Origin: Guillardia theta CCMP2712 | Lineage: Eukaryota > Protista > Cryptophyta | Direction: 5' to 3' | Assembly: GCF_000315625.1 (NCBI RefSeq) | Contig: NW_005434618.1 | Span: 316,429 to 380,428, forward strand | DNA: 64,000 nucleotides | Part shown: positions 1 to 13,200 of the stretch, in pieces | Position numbering within the stretch: position 1 is the stretch's first letter | Layout: every line of letters starts with the position of its first letter | Translations under genes and position numbers: made by a program | The notes under the pieces: generated by a model | What the model was told of the DNA's origin: nothing | Databases searched by the model: none | What the model saw: only the letters and a program-made list of their open reading frames with translations

Positions 1-1935
1 CTCTTCTGCGTCTCCACCATCCTTGAGCCCGTTGTAGACGTAGATGCGAAGCTTGTTGGGAGGAAGGTGCCGCTCAATCTCCGAGATCCACTGGTGGAGG
101 ATAGGCATCGGACAGACGATGAGCGTGGCAGAGACCGTTTCCATTGCTTCCGTCTCCTCCTCCTCCTGCCCTCCGACTCTCCAGTACCTTCCTTCGCACT
201 GACCAAAGAGTCCAGCAGCATGATACACTTTCTTGTCACGAGCACCAGGATCTTTGCTCGTCATGGATCTGACGGTGTTCTTCCCCACTGGCATCCAATA
301 GATCCTTGAATCCAGAGCCGTCCTTCCCTCCACCTCCACCAGCATCTCCTCTATCTGCTGCTCTCCTCCTGACAACCTCACGCCATGCACCCTCGCTCTC
401 TTCCACATCCTCTTGTCCATGACCAGGACCTCCGACCCCACACAGAGTCCCCCAGGGACGATGAAGTTCCCAGGAAAGTTACCCACCACCACTTTGAACC
501 GCTTGGAGGTCAAATCGTCGACCGTGAGCGGGTCTGCAATGAAGTTACAGGCACTAAGACACGCTAGAGGCTGAGTGGGCAGCGGCTGAGCAGACCTGGC
601 TCGCTTCTCTTCCTCTTCCCGAGCTCGAAATCTTCATCGTCGCCATAGTCAACGGCTTTGTGCGAGGAGGCGATGAGCTCGAGCAGCTCCACAGTCTTCC
701 CGAGGCCCATCTCATCGCACAGCACACCTCCCTGCTTCCAGTCAGCTCTCTCCTCCGATGCCTCTGACTCTGAGTACCCTCAGATCGTCGACGAGATGCG
801 TCGGCCGCGTCGCAAGGTGTCCAGTCCACTCGCAGTAGAAGAGGCTGCGTTTCCTCCTCCCGATGCGACAGCACTTGAGGGCAGGATGCAGCAGCGGCTC
901 CCTTTCTTCGACAGGTTTCTCGCGCTCCTCCATCCAAGAGACAGCTCGCAACTGATACGGGCTGATGCAACCAGCAGGAAAGGAGCACACAGCAAGTCAG
1001 GGGGCGGGAAACAAGGGCTGAGTGAGCACCGGAGCAAGGGATGAAGGACGTCGCTCTGCTGCCTCCTGCTGCTGAAGTCTTTGTGCTTCATGGCCTCGTA
1101 CACCCGATCAAGATCGAACGTTGAGTCTGCGGCATGTCAAGACCCTCCCAGTCCCCACTACCCTCACCTTGAACCTTCGGGCCGCTCCGGTCCACGAGGA
1201 ATGGAGCGAACCACGTGAAGAGAACGGCCAAGGCGTCGGCGTGCCTCAGAGCCGGGTACAGGCTGCTGAGGGTGTCTGAGGAGACTGCTGTCCTGTCGAT
1301 GACGCTGAACACATGTCTCAGGTCAGCTGGGGGAAGCGAGGGAGCTGGGAGGGGACGAGGAGGGAGCGAGGAGGATGAATTTGGGTGCCTGACCTGGGGT
1401 GGAATTTAAGCAGGAGGCAAATCCGTCCTGCCTCCTTGACAACTACTTGGACGACGATGACCTCAAAGTATAGGAGCCTTTTCATCGCAGAGAACATCTT
1501 CGGGTCAAGAGCGCCATCTCCGTCCATGAAGTCTATCGTGCCTTCCAATGCCGACACCAAGTTGACTAGCTCGCCTTTCTCCTCCTCGTAGAATATCTCA
1601 AACGTACGGCTCACTCCTCCTCCTTCCTCCTCCTCCATCCTCTCTTCCTCGAGCCTGAATTGGAGCCGACGATCAGGAAGGGACATTCTCTCCGGAAGGT
1701 TTCCGTCGTCGAGTTCTAGAGTCAATTCGCCAATAGCCCAATCCTCCTCCTCCTCCTCCATTTCGCCCTCTTCCGTCTCCTCTTCGTCCTTGTCCTCCGT
1801 CTCTTCTTCCTTCTCCTCTTCTTCCTCCTCCATGACGGACTCTGCCACTCCTCGCTCGTCCTTTCCTGGAACCATCAGCGCCCGCGCAAACCGTGCGCTT
1901 GCTCGCGCCATTGGAGGTCTTTGGGGGAAGGACAT
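1..1935 (-). CDS. SNF2-family helicase/ATPase, SHPRH/Rad5/Rad16-like (multi-exon, 3' part beyond window start)
   Basis: Minus-strand exons give the Q-motif PYQLRAVSWM (~930-960), motif I GGVLCDEMGLGKTVELL (~685-735) and motif Ia TLIVCPMPILHQWISEIERH (~67-130). Acidic N-terminal exon at 1318-1935. Confidence 0.85.
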
Positions 1936-2375
1936 ATGTGTTCTGTAGGGGTACTAAATAGGGGAAAGAGGGGGTGGTCATCGTTGGTGCAGCAATCCAA
2001 AAAAGGCAGGTCTCTTTGGGAGGGAGGGGAAGAGAAGGGGGGGGGGGGGGGGGAGGAAGAGGAGGGGAAGGGGGGGGGGGGGAAAAAGAAGGGAAGAGAA
2101 GAGAAGGGGAGGGAGCGGAAGAGAAGTGGAGGGTTGATTGCCCTTTCCTTCTTGTAGTTAGGCGACATGTTTAATATTCCTCCCTTGTCTCTACTGGGCT
2201 ATTCCCTCAGCCTCTTTCTTCATGTCTGCTCCGTCTCCCCGTATGTCCCTGTCTTCTCTTCCCACATTCGCCCCATCAACTCATCCGCATCTTCATCATG
2301 ACAGCGACGCACCAACCTCCCGTGGGTCCTAGACCAATCTCTATGTATCGACAATTTTAACCTTGCTATTTACAT

Positions 2376-4744
2376 TCACTTGCCGTAAAACGGCTCCCCC
2401 TCATCGTCTGTGTAGAAGGGGCCATCATTCTCCTCCGGCTGCAGATACTGGCACTCTGCCAGCACCTGATCGCGCAAGTAGCACCTGCGCTCGTACGCCT
2501 CCAGGGCCTCCTTCGGAGGGTCGTTGAGCATGGAGTCCAGGATGGCCTTGAAGACAAGGAGACAGTGCTCGCAGATCACGGTGATCCACACGCGCTCCAC
2601 CGGCGTCATCTCCGGGAAGTAGAAGAACAGGCCATGGCTGGTGAACCCGACGAGAGCGCAGTTGGTCAGGATGCAGCACGTGCTGATAATGTCCAGGATC
2701 ACTTGCCAGGTGCCGATGTCCGCTGCCACCTTGGTCGGGGGCCTCTGAACGCCCTTGAGGAGCTTGTACGCATCCGTGCGGATCTCCACAAGGTTGTTCA
2801 TGAGGGAGAGAGCTGCAGTTAGTGGGAAAGCTGCCGCAAACAAGGTGACGTAGCCGAACTGAATGACCATCTCCTGGTACTCCTCGAACACCCCCGAGTA
2901 CTGGTCAAGTTTGCTCTGCTTCTCTTCCTGCGACATGACCATGACGTTTTCCGCCTCCTCCGACTGCACCTCGTGGCTCTTGGCCGCCCGCTCTTTGAGG
3001 AAGATTCGCACCCGGTTCTTCATGATCGGGAGGCCCACCTCCATGAACTGAGCGATCGTCAGTTGGAGGATGAATACTGCAGCCAATGTCCCCGCCAGCT
3101 CCGGCATGCAGTGCCACTCAGGACAGTGCATGTCTACCCCGTAGACCAACATGCTGTTCTGCACGAAAGCCACGAAGAAGCAAGCGAAGTACGCGTTGAC
3201 GATCTTGAAGCAGAAATCCTTCGCAATAGTGGCGTCCTCATACTGCAAATAGAGAAGACATCAGGAAGATCAACTCTACGATTCAAAGAGATACTGACCT
3301 GAGTTTCTGTCTGCCAATTTTCAAAGTCCGTGAGCAATTTGAGCACGTACTGATATATCTTGTTGAAGACCAAGATGGAAGTCGCTTGGCAGCATCCCCC
3401 GATGCTTTTTCCCACTGACGATAGACCTGCATAAAGTTCAGCATTCCTTGAACATTTTGCTGCTTCAATCACCGTGTGGCTGGAACTTTTGAACCAGTCG
3501 AAACTTGAACAAGGCAATCGCGCACACCACTGCAATGACCGTGGCTATGAAGGTGCATACAACCAGTGCAGAAAGGCACAGAGCTATGTTTCTCCAAAGT
3601 GCATCTGAAGTACAATGAGATGAGACACTCTCTACCACCCGGCATATAAATGTACCTGGGTAGCGAACCACCTCGTTCTTATAATCGTGCATCCTTTCAC
3701 GTGTGTAAGGATTCTGGATAAACTCTTTCCGATCTTCCTCTTCGTCCTCGAAAGTCAAAGTATCCCACTCATGTTGATATGTCTTCTCTACTCTTTTCCA
3801 CCTTGGCAAGCCACAATGGTTACAAAGAAGTACTCTAGGAAAACACAAGCATACCCCGAAACAAAAACAACCGCCCAGACAGTGATAAAGCAACAGTACA
3901 AGGGAACCCATGGGTTGTCCATACTGCCCGTAAGTACGTGCGAGTATAGGTTGCTTAGAAAAAGAATAAACCCACAAATAGCCGGAATCCACAGCATCGT
4001 TGTGTAGTAACCAAGCCATACGAAATACAAAGCGATCTTTGTGCCAAAGTACTCTCGAATCGCTTCAATGGGTTGTGCTCGTCTCCACTGCCACACCCAT
4101 CTCTGTTCAAGCCAGTCTCTACTCTGATCACGATGCAAGCCGAAGCACTGCTTGATTACTTGGTTCTTTTGCAGCTGATCCAAAGCAGTATTACCAGGAA
4201 GGACGTTCTCTTTTGGAATAAGCTGCGGTCCCATAGCGCGCTCGTCCTCGTCGTTGATTATGAACTCTAGGATTTGAAGTTGTTGTGCGCTGCTAAAGAG
4301 AGTCCCTTCACTGGAATATTCGTAGAAAGGTTGAAGGTACTGCTTGAAAGGTGTCCATGCTCCCTCATTCTTTTCTTCTCTCCCATCCAAATCTTGTTGC
4401 CTCAACCTCAGCTTCAACAGTCCGCGTGTGCCCATCACTTCCGCTACTTGCTTCTGTCTTTTTTCAGATGCCGACACAAGTACAAACACCTCATCGCGAG
4501 CAATGGACACAGTCTCTCTGACTAGTAAGTCCGCTGCCCTCAGTTTGTCGATGATTGGCTGCCGAATCTTTCTCGTCATGGAAGTCTTTAGATTGCCAGT
4601 GTCTTCATCCTCGTCGCGATCGAAAACGATACAGAAGCTCGCAAGGGAATCAGGAAATGAATTTCTTTCCGAGGCAAGAAGCTGCTCAGTCTCTTCATCG
4701 CTGCCTACGGCCTTCGACTTGCGGCCGGCCGCACGGCGCGACAT
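2376..4744 (-). CDS. Anoctamin/TMEM16 Ca2+-activated channel or scramblase (multi-exon)
   Basis: Family motifs IREYFGTKIALYFVWLGYYT, LTDFENWQT and FEEYQEMVIQFGYVTLFAAAFPL...NNLVEIRTDAYKL...IGTW across ORFs 3788-4744, 3465-4019, 3134-3535 and 2376-3248, joined by short GT-AG introns. Confidence 0.95.
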
Positions 4745-5426
4745 TTAGTTTAACTTTCCCTGTTTCGAATGAACTTGTCGGTATGTCAAGGTGACGAATC
4801 TAATCATTCCAATCTAAGGAGAAGCATACAGGCATTTGATCGAGAATCCCTGCCCAAAACTTCAGTCAGCACACTGCGGGGTAAATCCTTCTTTGACAAA
4901 GCAGGTCAGGGAAGCATTTGTTGAATTCTTTAAGAAAGATCCTGACACATGTCCTCCTTTTGTTTCAGCCTCAACATTGTATCCAAAATTTTCTTCTACC
5001 GCTATGCTACACATTCACTGTGACTCGCGAGCATCCTCCTCCACATTCTCATGATCATCATCCTTGTTTTATCCTCAAACTAATCCTCGCCCTCGCATTC
5101 ATCATAATTCTGATCATTGGGCGCTAGTTTTCCCCGCCTTCTCCTCCTCTCCTTACTCAATACCTTCCTCCTAACCCCTGCCTGCTGCCATTCCACGTTC
5201 TATTTTCGATTTTCTGTGTCTACCCCCTACCTCCACCCCCATTTCCGGCACATACCCCAGTTTTAACTAGATTTATACCAGTAACTTGTACCCCCTACCC
5301 CCATCAAGCAATTAGTACCATTGCTGCACCCCAGCTTTTCACGATTCGCATTATCGGTTATCCTGGCCGTTATCGCAAACTTGTTTCTTACAACGGTTCG
5401 GTAACGTAAGGGACATATAGGGGAAC

Positions 5427-7870
5427 ATGCGGCTTGCGGCAGTTGTAGCGATCGCGTCGTCGCGCTTGCTGCTCGCTGAAGCCTTCGTGGTCTCTCCTGC
5501 TGCTAGACTATCTTCCTCCTTGTCTAGCTTCAACTCCTGCTCCTCGTCCTTCCTCCCCTCCCATCTCTCGACTGTACGACCTCAACTCTTACCGAGATCT
5601 GGATGCTCTGCAAGGATTGGCAAGGGGCTTCGGATGACCTTGGCAGCACCTGCCAAGATAGATGGACCACGATGGAAGAATGATGAAGAATATGCGTCGC
5701 TTGATGACGTCAAGATGCAAGAGGACATGAAAATGGTTGAGAAAATGGTAGATGACATCTCTGCTCTTTCCAAGAAGCTTGATCTGAAGAGTCTGGAGAA
5801 CATCGACCCATCCATCCTGGTTCAGCTCTCTAAGAAAGCCACGGATGCATCAGTGATACTCATGAATGTTGCGACGTTCGCTTCATGTGAATCCAGTGTG
5901 GATGGGACCAATGCCCAAGCCCGGGCGACGTCAGCGAAAGTTCGTGCACTCTCAGCCAAGCTGGGCCAAGCTGCTCAGCCGCTCTCGATTGCGCTCAAGC
6001 TAATCCCTGAAGACAAGGTCGAGAAGTATCTGAAGGAGCTGCCGCATGAAGAATTCTCCGTGAGACATCAACGCAAGGTAAAATTTGGAGACAAAACTGC
6101 GCAGGTTTGCTGACTTTGGCGTTCCCAGCTCCGCGATTTCACCCTCAGCCTTGAAGAAGAAAATCTGATTACTGCGCTTGGAGTTGATGGGCACAGCAGC
6201 TGGTCGCAGATGTACAATACCATCTCGTCGACTCTCACATGCCAGGTCGGGGACAAGAGCATGGGGGTCGCTCAAGCCGCCGCCCTCCTTTCATCTCCAG
6301 ACCGCTCCGAACGTCTCCAAGCCTGGAATGCCATCCAGGCCGCCTGGACGGTCCATGAGGAAGCAGCGGCGTCTACCCTCAACAGCATCATCGGCTGGAG
6401 ACTCGAGTTGAACAGGAAGAGGGCTGAGAAGGCCGCACAGCCAGTCCATTTCCTTGACACCGCCTTGCACCAGGTTGGTTTTCGCTGTACCATGAACCTT
6501 CTGACTTGTTTGCACATTCAGAACCGTATGTCGCGCAAGACCTTGGATGCGATGATGCAGGCAGTCTCGGAAGCCCAGCCTCTCGCGCAGAAGGCGTTGA
6601 AGCTTCAAGCCAAGGTGTTGGGAATCGAGTCCTTGCATCCGGCCGACCTCTTTGCACCTCCGCCACAAGGCGCCCAGTCGTCGTCACTTGCTTTGCAATA
6701 CGAGGAAGGCATCGGTAAAGTCTTGCTCTCCCTCCATCTCTCCATGTTCCCAGAGATACATTGTGTTACTTCCGGGAAGACTTGATCTTTCTGACTCGAT
6801 GGCAGATCTCATCGCAGATTGTGTTTCTTCGGTCCATCCATCCGTCGGTGAATTCGTCAAGATGATGTCGCAGAAAGAATGGATTGAAGGGAAATCGGGA
6901 GACAAGAAGGTTCGCCTTGTACTTCGCTTTCCTTGCTCGGGCTGAGAGTTGTCTGCAGGCGCCTGGAGCGTACTGTACATCCTTCGCCAAGTCGAGAAAT
7001 CCTCGCGTCTACCTGTCGTCCTACACAGGGTCCTACCAGCACGTTTCCACCCTTGCACACGAGTTGGGACATGCGTTCCACTCTTGGGTCATGAAGGACA
7101 TGGAGCGATCTGAGACCCGGTGGAGAAGTTGTTTCACTATGTGACCAACGCTGACCCTCGCTACCAGCTATCCCATGAATCTTGCGGAGACAGCTTCCAT
7201 CTTCTTCGAGACGGTTGTTGGGGATCGGCTCGTGGCCATGGCGAAGACTCCTGAGGAGAAGCTTCGCTACAGTTGGTGAGGAAGAAACATTTGAGATTTG
7301 GTCCATTCCCCTGACGCTGGACCGAATCCCTCCCTCCTCCTTCCCCAGGTACGACGCTGAGAGTGCTGGGGCGTTTCTCCTCAACATCCCAACAAGGTTC
7401 GACTTCGAGTCTGAGATTCATGCTGCCCGAGAGCAGGGTCAGAACCTCACCCCAGACTTCCTCCGGAACACGATGACCAAGGCCTGGAAGGGTCGCTATG
7501 GCGATGCCCTCAGCGAGTATGACAGCATGTTCTGGGCTTCCAAGCTTCACTTCCACATGACGGGAGTGCAATTCTACAACTTCCCCTACACCTTCGGGTA
7601 CTTGTTCGCCTTGGGAGTCTATGCACAGCAGGAGAAGCTCGGGGATGGCTTCTATCAGGCCTACGTCGATCTCCTGCGTGACACAGGAAGAATGTCGGCA
7701 GAAGAGGTTCGTCATGAGGCCATGGTGAGGGCTGGGCTGACGTGTGCGACCAGGTGGTGCAGAAGCACCTCAAGTGCAACATCGAGGAGCCGGAGTTCTG
7801 GCGAGGATCCATCAGGATCATCGAGAAGAAGATCGAGGTTTTGGAGAGCCTCGTCAACCAGGTTGCCTGA
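5427..7870 (+). CDS. Oligoendopeptidase F (peptidase M3B, PepF-like) with bipartite plastid-targeting leader
   Basis: HEXXH motif TLAHELGHAFH (~7048-7082), GAYCT, LAETASIFFE and FYNFPYTFGYLF. N-terminus is a signal peptide ending AEA|F followed by a Ser-rich transit peptide. Stop TGA at 7868-7870. Confidence 0.92.
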
Positions 7871-8232
7871 GGCCCGACCGTACCGTACTCGCAGACATTA
7901 AAAATGCTGAACTGTGGAAGCCTGTCCGGGATGCCATACCAGGCCATCTTTGCTCAAATCAGCCCGCTAAGTCAACTTGAAGGACCGGGCTTTTGGGGCC
8001 GCTGAAATCCGACTGAGCTTGATCACTGATTAGACATCAGCGGCCCGGCTCTCTAAGTCATCTGAGGCGGGTGAAGATTTCCAACCGTTACCGTCAGATC
8101 GATTTCAGATATGATGGGTAGGGTGGTACATTTACTACCAAGGGGTACTGGGAACACCAGAGGTAAAAGTAGGGGTAATGTTTAATGGTGGGTACAGCTA
8201 TTCGAGGGTAGGGGTACTAGACGTTATGTCTG

Positions 8233-9591
8233 TTGGGGAGGAACATAGTAACTGCCGCACCATGTCCTGCGAGCGGGATTGGATGTGCGGAGAGGAGAAA
8301 AGGAGGAGAGGATCACGCTGTTAGGAGAAGAGGAAGAGGAGAAGAAAGGGAGCAAACGAGAAGACAGGTGTACGTAGACCATCGTAAAGCCCTTCTTGTT
8401 CAACAGGAGAAGGAGAAGGAACTCAGGCTAGTCGGGAAGATCCAACAAGCTGAAAAGATGCCGAGCTCTACATTCAATGCGATGAAGAATGCTTTCAAGG
8501 AGTATGACCCAGATTCATTCACGGAAGGAGGACACAGCAGCCATACTGTTGTGAGCAAGAAGGAAGCTGAACCTGCGATACCCGCACAGCCCAACAAGGG
8601 CAAGAGCCACGAGAAGAGAAAGAGACAGCAGGACCAGATCAATCAGAGTCAGCATCCGGTCCATGAAAAAGCGTTCATATCCACGTGTCCTTCTGGGGAC
8701 TTCAAGTCAAAGCACGGTGGCTGGGAGGGAACGTTCGCGATCAAGCATGGAGGGTTTCCCCATATGTTTGAGAACCTAATGCCTTCCAAGTCAAGGACGT
8801 GGCTAGGTGACAAGGCAGAAAAGCCGCTGCAGAAGATGCCTGTCTTAGTGAAGTACCCGGACCAAGGCGGGCCGGGGTATCCTGACCGAACACTCGGAAA
8901 GGATTACAAGTATGTGAGCGAGCAGAACTTTGACATGGTGGAGAGGTTGAACCGGGGTTACAAGCTGGGGCTGGGGTCGGGCTTTCGGAATGAGGAGAAG
9001 GTGAACTTTCAAAGGTTCCTGTGCTAGGAATGATGACCTATTCAGATCCAAAGTGCTCCTTGGGTAACAACCTCTTCCAAGGCAGCCCTCTTCGATCCCT
9101 TCGAGCCGTACAAGGTAGCATGTCACAGTGTCTGGATGGAAAACATTGATTTCCTATGGCGCAGGAGATCAACGCTAGTGTTTCGCGGGAGAACAGCACG
9201 AGACGAAGAGGGATCCCGCTCCACCCGGCACAGCACAACACTCCGTTCATCTCCGCCTCCAAGGTCCGGAGGCTGCCCACTGAGGTACAGGGAGCGCGGG
9301 CCGCGGACGCTCCTGACTGACCGTTTGCTCAGCTTTTCGGGTCCTTTGCCTACTTCCCCGACGAGTTTGTTGAGGACGGGTTCACAAAGTACGGGAAGAT
9401 CGTAGAGAAGCAAGCGCGGGCGCGGGACGAGAAGCGAGGAGTCAAGCCCATCCATCATCCTCCGTGGGCCCTGACTTTCCTCTCTCCCTCCTCCAAGCTG
9501 ACGCCTCCGTTGCTGCAGGTTCAGGACGAGCGGGCCGACCGTCTTGGCCAAGACCACACCTTCGATCGCCTTCCGGCATGTTCGACACTGA
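8233..9591 (+). CDS. Hypothetical basic protein, possibly CFAP96/C4orf47 (DUF4586)-like flagellar protein
   Basis: 264-aa ORF plus further spliced exons ending VLAKTTPSIAFRHVRH*. Segments GGPGYPDRTLGKDYKY and GGWEGTF...FPHM recall DUF4586 from memory. Start uncertain. Confidence 0.4.
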
Positions 9592-10227
9592 GGTGGGCGA
9601 GGGAGGGAGGGCAGGAGGTCTCAGTCTCATGCTACCCTTGAATCTACAAGTTTTTGAGAGGATAAAGTAAGGATTGACGTGTTCCTGCTTCAACCATGCC
9701 TCCCTCCTCTTCGCCGCTGCTCCACCCAACAGAACATGTGCATGTTTTCATGAACACACTGCCAGGAAGAAGAGACGAGGGTTCACGGTGGTGTCGCAGC
9801 TTCAACACTGGAGCTTCAGGGAGGGCAAGCGCTTCACACTCGCTCCTTGACTTCCTCGGATTGAAGAAAAATGTTCTCTTTTCTCCGTACAACAGGTTCC
9901 TCTCCTCTCCTCTCCTCTCCTCTCCTCTCCTCTCCTCTCCTCATCTCGCCTCGCCTCGCCTCCTACTTGTCCCTGGCCCTCTCACAACTAACCCCATAGT
10001 ATTTCGCTTCCTCCCTTCCCCCTCCCTTCCCCCTGACTTCTCCTCCCTTCCCCATACCGTCTCCCTCCCCCTCCCTCTTCCCCTCGAGCCCTCCCGGTCC
10101 GCAGCCATCAGGCTCCCTTGCGTCCCTTCCGCCAGGCATTTTTCCCCGACCGCCCCCATCCCCGGCCCCCGCCCTGCTTTTCGTTTTCAGTTCCGCATTC
10201 AAGTGGCTTCGGAAGGGAGGGCGGCAG

Positions 10228-13200
10228 ATGGGGGAGGAGGGGGAGGCGCGAGGAGGCGGAGGAGGCGGGGGAGGCGGAGGCCTGCGGTCCTTGAACCTCA
10301 ACCACAAGAAGCTGCGATCGCTCCCTACAGCAGCGCGAGAGGACAGGATGTCGCAGGAGGGCGAGGGCAGCAGGTCTCCCCTCCTCACCCCCAGGGTGCT
10401 GCTGTCCCTCACTGCCCCTTCCCTCGGGCGACTGGAGGCTCTTCACCTGCGCGGGAATCTCCTGAGGAGCCTGTGGGACATGCAGAGAACGCCGATGCTG
10501 GTGGTGCTGGACCTGAGCGAGAACGATCTCACCAACGTCTCCGAGCTTGCCGCCCTCCATCGCCTTCGCCAGCTCCACCTCAGCTCTAACGCCATCGAGA
10601 ACCCGCAGGCCGTCCCCACGTTGAAGAATCTCTCCTTCCTCTCCCTCTCCTCCAACTTCCTCTCCTCCCTCGAGGGCCTGCAGCCTCAGCCCAAGCTGGA
10701 GATCCTCCACCTGAGCAACAACAAGATCGACTCGGTCAAGTACTTCCCACTCTGCCCTCGGCTACAGGTGAGACCCTCCATGAGGGAGGACATGGACGGG
10801 AGCTGACGGAGATGTGGGCGCGGAGCAGGAGCTGAGCTTGAAGGGGAACCCTGTTGCGCAGCAGGACAAGTACAGGATAAGGATGATCCTTTCCCTTGCC
10901 GCTTCTGGGATGTGCCACTTGCGCAGGTGAAAACCCTTTCGGAAGGCGAACGATGCCGATGACGAGGCATGCAGATTGGACAACGAGCCTTTCAGTGAAG
11001 AAGAGCTATCAGCGGTACAAAGATTGGGCGCTCGCCCCTCCCTCCCTCCATCTATCCTTCCTTTCTTCCCGCTCTCCCTCCCTCCCTCCCTGCCTGCTTT
11101 ACAAAAGCCGGAGCTATATCACGGGNNNNNNNNNNNNNNNNNNNNNNNNNNNNNNNNNNNNNNNNNNNNNNNNNNNNNNNNNNNNNNNNNNNNNNNNNNN
11201 NNNNNNNNNNNNNNNNNNNNNNNNNCAATCCAAATTCACCTATGATTCATATGTTCTGAGTAGTACAGGCCATCACTGAAACCCATAACTTGATAGTAAA
11301 ATGCGATCGCATCACCAGCCTCGCCTCTGCTCTTTCCTTGGGTCATGAGGCAGTGCAGGCGCCGCTGGGGGCTCTGAGTCTTCCGAAGCAGGGGCTGCAG
11401 GGGGAACTGACTCCAAGGCTGACTCGCTGACTCGGGTGGGTAGAGATCCACTGCATAGCTGCCGTGAGCCCGGGAAGAGCTTCAAGGCTGAGCTGGGGAT
11501 AATTGCGCCCTGCTCAGAGGAAACTTTGCATCAACCGCCCTGTGACTGAAGGTTTTGGTGGAGGAGGAGGAGGAGGAGGAGGCAGATCAGTGGGGATGTG
11601 TAATGGTGACAACGAAGATGAACAGGTTGGTGCAGCAAGGAGGCATCAAGCGTTTCATTTGGAGGGAATCCATGGAAATGGCCATGCTGAGGTAACTTGG
11701 AAGGTCTTGTGTACCTTCCGATCACATGGCTCCTTGCAGATCGGACAGAAAGTTTCGTTCGACTTCAGGTGGAAACCGATTTCGTACTTCGAGGTGCGAG
11801 GTCTACGGACGAGTAACGGCAACGTAACGAGCGGGGCAGATCAAGAAACACGTAGCGGCATTGCGGGACCAAGTGGAGACGCTCGAGTCGGACATCACGA
11901 GAAATCTGTCAAAGGTGACGGCAGCGACTGTCCTGCTACTTTCACCCCTTGACAGCGGTGATGCTTCCACAGGCTCTGATCAGAAAGGAGGGAGTGAGCA
12001 GGGATGTGAATGCTTCGGAGTCCGTTGCGCGAGTAAGCTGCCTCGAAGGGTACATGAGTGGTCTCCTCACATGACACTGGCCAGGCACTTCAAGGCGCCG
12101 AATGGCTCTTGCACAAGCTGCCGGAGGAGTTGAGAGAGGTTTGCTCCGGGTGTGAAGGGGGAGGGGGTCGTCCTCACGTGTAGACCAAAGTGCATCGGAT
12201 TCGGCTCCCTGCTTGCAAGTCTGATCAGCATGCGCAACAAGATGGTTCAGCTGATCTCCACAGACAGCCAGCGGCTCACCTGCCCCATCCTCTCGCAGGC
12301 ACCGTCGGCTTCGCGCTCACTCCCCACCTGATCTCTCTGCAGACTGTCCGCTGGTATCGAGTCGACGACCTGGGCAACAAGCAAGAGATCTCCGATGGCT
12401 CGGGGGACGAGTACACGTGAGTGCGACGCCATGGCCTGCTGCTGTGCTGATCCCCGCCCCTCAGGGTCAAGGAGGAGGACGAAGACTTCACCCTGAAAGC
12501 AGAAAGCACTTGCTCCTGTACCAACTGGCTTCCGCTCTCGTTGGAGGAGCTAGAGGCGCTGTCGCAGGATGCTCCCTGCTCAGAGGATTTCCGATGTCGC
12601 GCAGAGTCGAAGGCCTTTGCCTACACGTGCAGAGTGCGGAAAGGTGATGGAGGAGGTGAGATCTCTGTCGCTGACTTGGTTCGTATCCTGCAGCCTCCAA
12701 CGTGATTCACTCGCTAGAGGTTCACCTCCTAATCCTCTTCCTCAAATCCTGCTTCTCCTCTTCTCTCCTCTCCTCTTCTCTCCTCTCCTCTCCTCTCCTC
12801 TCCTCTCCTCTCCTCGCCTCGCCTCGCCTCTCCTCGCCTCGCCTCGCCTCTCCTCTCCTCTCCTCGCCTCGCCTCGCCTCGCCTCTCCTCTCCTCTTGGG
12901 TCTTCTCCCTCACCTTCTACTGCAGCTCCTCGGTCCCTTCACGGTCGGTGCACTCGCCAAAGTTCGCTGGAGGTGGAAGGAGGAAGCGGCAGGCAAGCTT
13001 CTGCATCCTGCCACGTCTCAGCGTCACGCTCCCTTGGCAGGGCAGAAGAGCCTGAGTGTCCGCTGGTTCAAACAGGTGGATGGGGAGGAGGCGATGAAAG
13101 TGCCGGATCGTCAACGGCTCGTGATGCTGCATCAGCATCTGCCTCCCATCGACTCGCAGGCAGAGGAGACCCCTTCCTCCTCCTTCCTCATCCCAGCAGA

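Noticed and set aside
9696-10589. ORFs rich in SSPLL/EERRG (also 12569-13249, 39815-40289, 50214-50829, 59297-59606)
   Set aside because: Translations of (CCTCT)n/(GAGAG)n microsatellites in introns or intergenic DNA.
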